From the NCBI GenBank assembly GCA_965261085.1, contig OZ253442.1:2496001-2560000 (forward strand): a stretch of DNA of 64,000 bases, in the 5' to 3' direction. This document shows positions 58,605 to 64,000 of the stretch, piece after piece (position 1 is the first letter of the stretch; the number at the start of each line of letters is the position of its first letter). Origin of the DNA: a bacterium. GTDB taxonomy: Bacteria > UBA8248. The translations under genes were made by a program, and so were the position numbers. The notes beneath the pieces were generated by a model. The model made no database searches. It had not been told where the DNA came from and saw only the letters and a list, made by a program, of their open reading frames with translations.

Positions 58605-60389
58605 TTGAGCGAGCTTTTGGAACGAGGAAGAACCCACCATTGCGGAGCGCTTACCGCCTCGGATGTCGGCAGCGAAGTCGTCCTCATGGGCTGGGCGGGG
58701 TCGAACCGCGACCACGGCGGGCTGATTTTCATCGACTTGCGCGATCGCTACGGCGTCACCCAGGTGGTGGCCGACCCCTCGTATGACGAGGCCTCCCATG
58801 CCCTCGCCGAACGGGTGCGCGGCGAATGGGTTCTCGCCGTTCAGGGGGTGGTCATCGAACGCCCCGAGGGGATGGCGAACCCGAATCTCGCCACCGGCGA
58901 AATCGAAGTGCGGGTGACGAGGCTCGAAGTTCTGAGCGAGGCGAAGACGCCCCCCTTTGAAATAGATGATGAATCAGACGTCGGCGAAGCGCTGCGCCTT
59001 CAGTACCGCTACCTCGACTTGAGGCGGCCCGCCCTGCGGGAGAATTTCATCCGGCGTCACCAGGCGACCCAGGTGATTCGCAATTTCCTGACGGAAAACC
59101 AGTTCGTCGACGTCGAAACCCCGGTCCTCACGAGGAGCACCCCCGAGGGGGCGAGGGATTATCTGGTGCCGAGCCGGCTCGCGCGCGGGAATTTCTTTGC
59201 GCTTCCCCAGAGTCCCCAGATGTTCAAACAGATTCTCATGGTCGCTGGCTTCGATCGCTACTACCAGATCGTCAAGTGCTTTCGGGACGAGGACTTGCGC
59301 GCCGACAGACAGCCGGAGTTCACGCAAATTGACATCGAATGCTCCTTCCTGAACCGCGAAACCTTTTTCGGCCTCATGGAGGGTCTGGTGGCGAGGATAT
59401 GGAAAGAGGTGGGCGGGGTGGAAGTCGAGACGCCCTTTGAGCGGGTTCCCTACGCGGAGGCGATCGCGCAATACGGAACCGATAGGCCGGACAGGCGCTT
59501 CGGCATGAAGCTGGCCACCTTCACCGACGTGGCGCGGGCGAGCGAGTTCAAGGTGTTCAAGGGTGCGGTGGAAAAAGGAGGCGTGGCGCGGGCCATGGCG
59601 GGGCCGGGTATGGCGTCGGCCTCGAGAAAAGAGATAGACGAAATCATCGCGCGCGCGCAGGAGTTGGGCGCGGGTGGTCTCGCCTGGGCGAAGCGGACGG
59701 AAAAGGGATACGAGTCGAACATCACCAAGTTTTTTCCGGAAGGCCAGTTGGAGGAGATCGGCGCGAGAGCGGGCGTGGAGGTCGGTGATTTGTTGATGAT
59801 GGTGGCTGACGCACCTGCTGTAAGCGCGTCGGTTCTGGGACACTTGCGCGATGAACTCGGGGCGCGTCTGGGCCTGGTTTCCCGTAATGATGAGAAATTC
59901 GATTTTTGCTGGGTCGTGGATTTCCCGCTCCTGGAATATGACGAGGCGGAGAAGAGATTTTATGCGCTTCACCATCCCTTCACGGCGCCCGTGCCCGAGG
60001 ACGTAGCGCTGTTTGATTCCGACCCCGGCGCCATTCGCGCCCAGGCCTACGACATGGTGGTGAACGGGAGCGAAATCGGAGGCGGCAGCCAGAGAATCCA
60101 CCAGCGCGAGGTGCAGCAGAAAATGTTCGCCGCCCTGGACATGGAAGAAGAAGAGGCGCAGCGGCGCTTCGGCTTCTTCATGGAGGCGCTCGAGTTCGGC
60201 ACGCCGCCCCACGGGGGAATCGCGTTCGGCCTGGACCGGATTATGATGCTCCTGACGGGGGCTCCCTCCATCCGCGACGTCATTGCTTTTCCCAAGACCC
60301 AGAAAGCCACCTGCCTGATGACCGGCGCGCCGGCTTCGGTCGAGCGTCTTCAGCTCCGGGAATTGGGCATCGACGGGTCGGTCGGGTAG
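58605..60389 (+). CDS. aspS: Aspartate--tRNA ligase
   Basis: [41 protein letters not shown]. Confidence 0.98.
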   Translation: MSELLERGRTHHCGALTASDVGSEVVLMGWAGSNRDHGGLIFIDLRDRYGVTQVVADPSYDEASHALAERVRGEWVLAVQGVVIERPEGMANPNLATGEIEVRVTRLEVLSEAKTPPFEIDDESDVGEALRLQYRYLDLRRPALRENFIRRHQATQVIRNFLTENQFVDVETPVLTRSTPEGARDYLVPSRLARGNFFALPQSPQMFKQILMVAGFDRYYQIVKCFRDEDLRADRQPEFTQIDIECSFLNRETFFGLMEGLVARIWKEVGGVEVETPFERVPYAEAIAQYGTDRPDRRFGMKLATFTDVARASEFKVFKGAVEKGGVARAMAGPGMASASRKEIDEIIARAQELGAGGLAWAKRTEKGYESNITKFFPEGQLEEIGARAGVEVGDLLMMVADAPAVSASVLGHLRDELGARLGLVSRNDEKFDFCWVVDFPLLEYDEAEKRFYALHHPFTAPVPEDVALFDSDPGAIRAQAYDMVVNGSEIGGGSQRIHQREVQQKMFAALDMEEEEAQRRFGFFMEALEFGTPPHGGIAFGLDRIMMLLTGAPSIRDVIAFPKTQKATCLMTGAPASVERLQLRELGIDGSVG

Positions 60390-60397
60390 GGCGTCCG

Positions 60398-61387
60398 GTG
60401 TCGCGGAAGAAAAAAGAGCCTCGAACCCGGGGCGATGGACGCACGCTTGACCTCGATAAAATCTTGAGAAGCGGCGACGTTCGCCTTGAGACGCCCGAAG
60501 GGTTTCGCTCGGGCTTCATCGCCATCATTGGACGCCCGAACGTGGGTAAATCCACTCTTCTCAACCGCATCCTCGGAGAAAAACTCGCCATCGTCACCCG
60601 AAAGCCCGGAACCACGAGGCGCAGGCTTCTCGGCGTGTTGAACACAGAGGACGCGCAGGCGGCTTTTTTCGATACGCCGGGCATCGAGCGCCCCGCCTCG
60701 AAACTCGGGCGTTTTCTGCTCGAAGAGGTGAAGGCCGCCTGCTCGGGGGCGGACCTCGCCCTGTTCATGACGGACAACGCCAAGGGGGAGGTGGACGAAA
60801 ATGCGCTCGCCTTGATTGAGGATGCGGGCGTGCCCGCGTTTCTCGTCATCAACAAGGTGGATCTGATGAAGGACAAGACGAAACTCCTGCCCGTTCTGGC
60901 GAAACACGCCGGAGACGACGGATTCAAGAAAGTCTACCCGGTCTCGGCGCTCAAAGGGGATAACGTGGAGCCGCTGGTGGGAGATATCATCGAGGCTCTC
61001 CCTGAAGGCCCGAGATACTTTTCTCCCGATATGACGACCGACATCAGCGAAGCCCTCCTGATAGAAGAGTTCGTTCGCGAGCAGGTGTATCGTCTGCTAC
61101 ACAAGGAAGTCCCCTACGCCGTGGCGGTGAAGGTGCAGGAGATGGAGCGCGCCGAGGGTTCCGGTCTTTTGCACGTCGAGGCGGAAATCTATGTGGAGCG
61201 AAAGAGCCAGCGGGGTATTCTGGTGGGGAAGGGAGGCTCTCAGATCAAGAAAATCGGAGAATTTTCAAGAAAGGAGATCGAACGGCGACTTGGCGAGCAG
61301 ATATATCTCGGCCTCAAAGTGCGCATCAAACCCAACTGGCGGCAAAGGGACGCCGCGCTTCAGGAACTAGGGTATGAGAATGTCTAG
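60398..61387 (+). CDS. era: GTPase Era
   Basis: GRPNVGKSTL, DTPG, NKVD, EVPY, KH domain. Confidence 0.97.
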   Translation: MSRKKKEPRTRGDGRTLDLDKILRSGDVRLETPEGFRSGFIAIIGRPNVGKSTLLNRILGEKLAIVTRKPGTTRRRLLGVLNTEDAQAAFFDTPGIERPASKLGRFLLEEVKAACSGADLALFMTDNAKGEVDENALALIEDAGVPAFLVINKVDLMKDKTKLLPVLAKHAGDDGFKKVYPVSALKGDNVEPLVGDIIEALPEGPRYFSPDMTTDISEALLIEEFVREQVYRLLHKEVPYAVAVKVQEMERAEGSGLLHVEAEIYVERKSQRGILVGKGGSQIKKIGEFSRKEIERRLGEQIYLGLKVRIKPNWRQRDAALQELGYENV

Positions 61388-61389
61388 GT

Positions 61390-61578
61390 TTAGCGATTCT
61401 GGGCGCGCATGCGCTTTTTGTGCGCGGCGAGTATCTTTCTTTTGCGCTTTACGCTGGGTTTCTCGTAATACTCTCGCTTTTTGATTTCCGTGAGAATGCC
61501 TGATTTTTCGCATTGTTTCTTGAACTGTTTCAAAGCCTTGTCGATGGATTCACCCTCGTGTACTTTCACGCCTGGCAT
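61390..61578 (-). CDS. rpsU: 30S ribosomal protein S21
   Basis: [23 protein letters not shown]. Confidence 0.95.
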   Translation of the reverse strand: MPGVKVHEGESIDKALKQFKKQCEKSGILTEIKKREYYEKPSVKRKRKILAAHKKRMRAQNR

Positions 61579-61691
61579 ATTGGTTATGATTCCTCCCGTT
61601 TGCGGTATGAGACGACAGAAAATAGAATCTTTCAGGCCGCAAACTATCTCTCATCCACGGGATTTCGTCAAGACCTAAAGATCAAGACCTG

Positions 61692-62459
61692 TTGGGAGGC
61701 GTTTTCTTGGCGGTTCTCACCGATGAAGCCATCGTCCTGGGCGCGCGCCCATACTCGAATACGAGCCTGATAGTCACGTTTCTGACCAAAGAACAGGGAA
61801 AGGTGCGCCTGGTGGCCAGAGGCGTGCGATCGGCGAAGTCGAGGTTGGGCGTCGCACTAGAACCCGCGAGCGAGAGTCATCTCGAATGGAGCCGGCGCGG
61901 CGGCTCGGATTTGGGCACGATGCGAAAATGCGAGACGACCCGGGTCTACCAAAGGCTCTGGAAGGACTATGAGGCCATGCGGGTGGCGTCGCGCCTTTTG
62001 AAGATACTCGATGTGGTGCTGGGCGTGGGCGAGGGCGAGGGCGCGCACTTTCGGTTGCTCAAATCCTCGCTCGAAACCCTGGAGACGGGCGCGAGCACAG
62101 CGGGCATGGAGGGAATCTTCCTCCTGATGTTGCTCAAGACGATGGGTCTCGGCCCGGGCCTCGACTATTGCGCGGCGTGTGAGAAAAAACCGGGGAGCGA
62201 GACGGCGCGTTTCGACCTACCGACGGGCGAGATTCGCTGCGCGAGATGCCCGGAGCCGCCTGCGCGTGAAATGCGCCTGCGCGCCGGCGCTGTCGCCGCG
62301 ATGAGAGAGATTCTTCGCCTGACGCCCGATAAGTGTTTTTCTATCCAATTCGCCGCATCCCTGGGGTCAGAGATCATCGGGTGCGCAGAGGCATTTTTGC
62401 AATTTCATGGCGGAAAGAACCTGCCCGGGCGATCGGGCCGCACCCGCGTTTCGCGTTGA
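61692..62459 (+). CDS. recO: DNA repair protein RecO
   Basis: AIVL...YSNTSLIVTFLT..GKV...ARG; C..C/C..C zinc finger. Start approximate. Confidence 0.92.
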   Translation: MGGVFLAVLTDEAIVLGARPYSNTSLIVTFLTKEQGKVRLVARGVRSAKSRLGVALEPASESHLEWSRRGGSDLGTMRKCETTRVYQRLWKDYEAMRVASRLLKILDVVLGVGEGEGAHFRLLKSSLETLETGASTAGMEGIFLLMLLKTMGLGPGLDYCAACEKKPGSETARFDLPTGEIRCARCPEPPAREMRLRAGAVAAMREILRLTPDKCFSIQFAASLGSEIIGCAEAFLQFHGGKNLPGRSGRTRVSR

Positions 62460-62525
62460 CGGAATCCAGCGGGAGCGGTATTTGTTCCTCTCTTTGCGCC
62501 GGTTGTTTTTTTTCATGAGGCTTTT

Positions 62526-64000
62526 GTGCTGAAAAAACTGATGGTCCCCATATTCGAGAACGCATTTGAAAGCGCGCGCGCGGCGGGTGATTTGACTTCC
62601 GAGGAGAGACCGGCGGTCGTCATCGAGACGCCGCAGAACGAGGCTTTCGGCGATTTTTCCTGCAACATCGCGATGACGCTGGCCAGAGCCGAGCGCAAGG
62701 CTCCCCTGGTGATTGCGGAGCAAATTGTAAAACACTTCGAGGCGCCGGAAGGATTTTTGAAAGACGTTCGAATCGAAAAGCCGGGCTTCATCAACCTCTA
62801 TCTCGATGGAGATTACCTGTGCGCGAAGCTCAAGGAGATATTGTCCTCGCCGGATGATTTTGGAAAAAACGAATTGGGGGCGGGCAAATCCGTTTATCTC
62901 GAGTTCGTGAGCGCAAACCCCACGGGTCCGCTTCACGTCGGTCATGGCCGGGGCGCGGCGCTGGGCGACGTTCTGGGGCGCGTGCTGGAGGCATCGGGCT
63001 TTCGCGTGCACCGGGAATATTACATCAACGATGCGGGCAATCAGATCGAGACGCTGGCGAAATCGGCCTACGCGCGCTACTTGCAAGACGTGAGGGGCGA
63101 GGCGGTGGACTTTCCGGAGGATGCCTACCAGGGCGAATACATTCGCGAGATCGTCAAGTCGCCCAGGTTCCTGGAGGGCGTCGAGCCGTTCGTCGGGAAG
63201 GGAGAAAAAGCCCTTCTCTCGCAGGCGGGCGTGATAGCCAAGGATTTGATACTGGAGGACATCAAAAAATCCCTCGCCGAATTCCGGGTTCATTTCGATG
63301 AATGGTTCAGCGAGGCTTCCTTGTTCTCGGAAAACGGGAACAGGGTCGAGAAAGCGATCGCCGCGCTCGAGGCGAACAAAAAACTCTATGAGAAAGACGG
63401 AGCCAGGTGGCTTGCTTCGAGCGCGCACGGAGACGAGAAGGACCGCGTTGTGGTTCGGGACGATGGCCGCCCGACCTATCTGGCTTCGGACATCGCCTAT
63501 CATCACCTCAAGTACGAGCGCGGCTTCGACCGCTACATCAACGTGTGGGGGGCGGATCATCACGGGTATCTGCCTCGGGTGCGCGCGGCGGTGGAGATGC
63601 TCGGCCATGAACCCGAAAAGCTCGACGTTCTCTTCGTTCAGTTCGTGAGCTTGCGCCGTGGCGGCGAGGCGGTGCAGATGAGCACGCGCTCGGGCGAGTT
63701 CGAGGAATTATCCTCCGTGGTGAATGAAGTGGGCGTGGACGCGGCCCGTTTTTTCTTCCTGATGAGGAGCGCGGACACGGCGCTGGAGTTCGACCTGGAT
63801 TTGGCGAAAGAACAAAGCAGCGAGAATCCGGTCTACTATGTTCAATACGCCCATGCGCGCGCGTGCAGTCTTTTCAGGCAGGCGGCGGAAGAAGGCGAAT
63901 CGCCCGGTGACCTCGATGAGGCGCCTCCCCGAGTGCTCGTGCTGGACGAGGAGCACGGGCTTATGAAGAGCCTCCTCGAATGGCCCGACGTGGTGCGAAC
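62526..64000 (+). CDS. argS: Arginine--tRNA ligase (runs off window)
   Basis: Hand-translated from GTG 62526: GDFSCN, EFVSANPTGPLHVGHGR, WGADHHGY, MSTRSG, YYVQYAHAR; absent from the ORF track because there is no stop in the window. Confidence 0.95.
   Translation, partial: MLKKLMVPIFENAFESARAAGDLTSEERPAVVIETPQNEAFGDFSCNIAMTLARAERKAPLVIAEQIVKHFEAPEGFLKDVRIEKPGFINLYLDGDYLCAKLKEILSSPDDFGKNELGAGKSVYLEFVSANPTGPLHVGHGRGAALGDVLGRVLEASGFRVHREYYINDAGNQIETLAKSAYARYLQDVRGEAVDFPEDAYQGEYIREIVKSPRFLEGVEPFVGKGEKALLSQAGVIAKDLILEDIKKSLAEFRVHFDEWFSEASLFSENGNRVEKAIAALEANKKLYEKDGARWLASSAHGDEKDRVVVRDDGRPTYLASDIAYHHLKYERGFDRYINVWGADHHGYLPRVRAAVEMLGHEPEKLDVLFVQFVSLRRGGEAVQMSTRSGEFEELSSVVNEVGVDAARFFFLMRSADTALEFDLDLAKEQSSENPVYYVQYAHARACSLFRQAAEEGESPGDLDEAPPRVLVLDEEHGLMKSLLEWPDVVR

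Noticed and set aside
58974-63608. Long minus-strand ORFs (58974..60212, 62367..63608)
   Set aside because: Antisense shadows of aspS and argS.

Overview
The left ~21 kb is one end of a GC-rich conjugative element. It carries an F-type (MPF-F) mating-pair operon on the minus strand (traA-L-E-K-B-V-C-[HD]-[hyp]-trbI-trhF-traW-U-trbC-N-F-H-G) and a convergent candidate entry-exclusion gene. The operon is headed by a phage-like divergent switch: a CI/S24 repressor opposite a tandem-Cro/HTH_17 fusion. No relaxase, coupling protein or integrase is in the window. The element ends in nested mobile DNA: a guide-deleted IS1111-type right end fused to the repressor's last codons, two small IS66-type MITE-like units (one with an 8-bp TSD), and an intact IS1111-family (IS110 superfamily) element. 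That IS sits in the MITE terminal repeat, and its non-coding (bridge/seek RNA) region carries matches to this target and to its own circle junction. The most exciting hypothesis is that the conjugative element is bounded by IS1111-type ends and uses an RNA-guided IS110 recombinase as its integrase; this cannot be proven from this window. The rest is chromosome: acetoin/pyruvate dehydrogenase-like E1a/E1b/E2, rimP-nusA-ylxR-infB-ylxP-rbfA-truB-rpsO-pnp (inside a marked low-GC trough), metabolic genes, ada, hisS, cobB, comEC, aspS, era, rpsU, recO and a partial argS. It also holds a hidden DsbA/FrnE-like selenoprotein (UxxC plus SECIS), REP/MITE repeats and a frameshifted osmC-like gene; traH carries a similar single-base homopolymer frameshift. 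All calls are by eye from motifs and synteny; no database searches were run.
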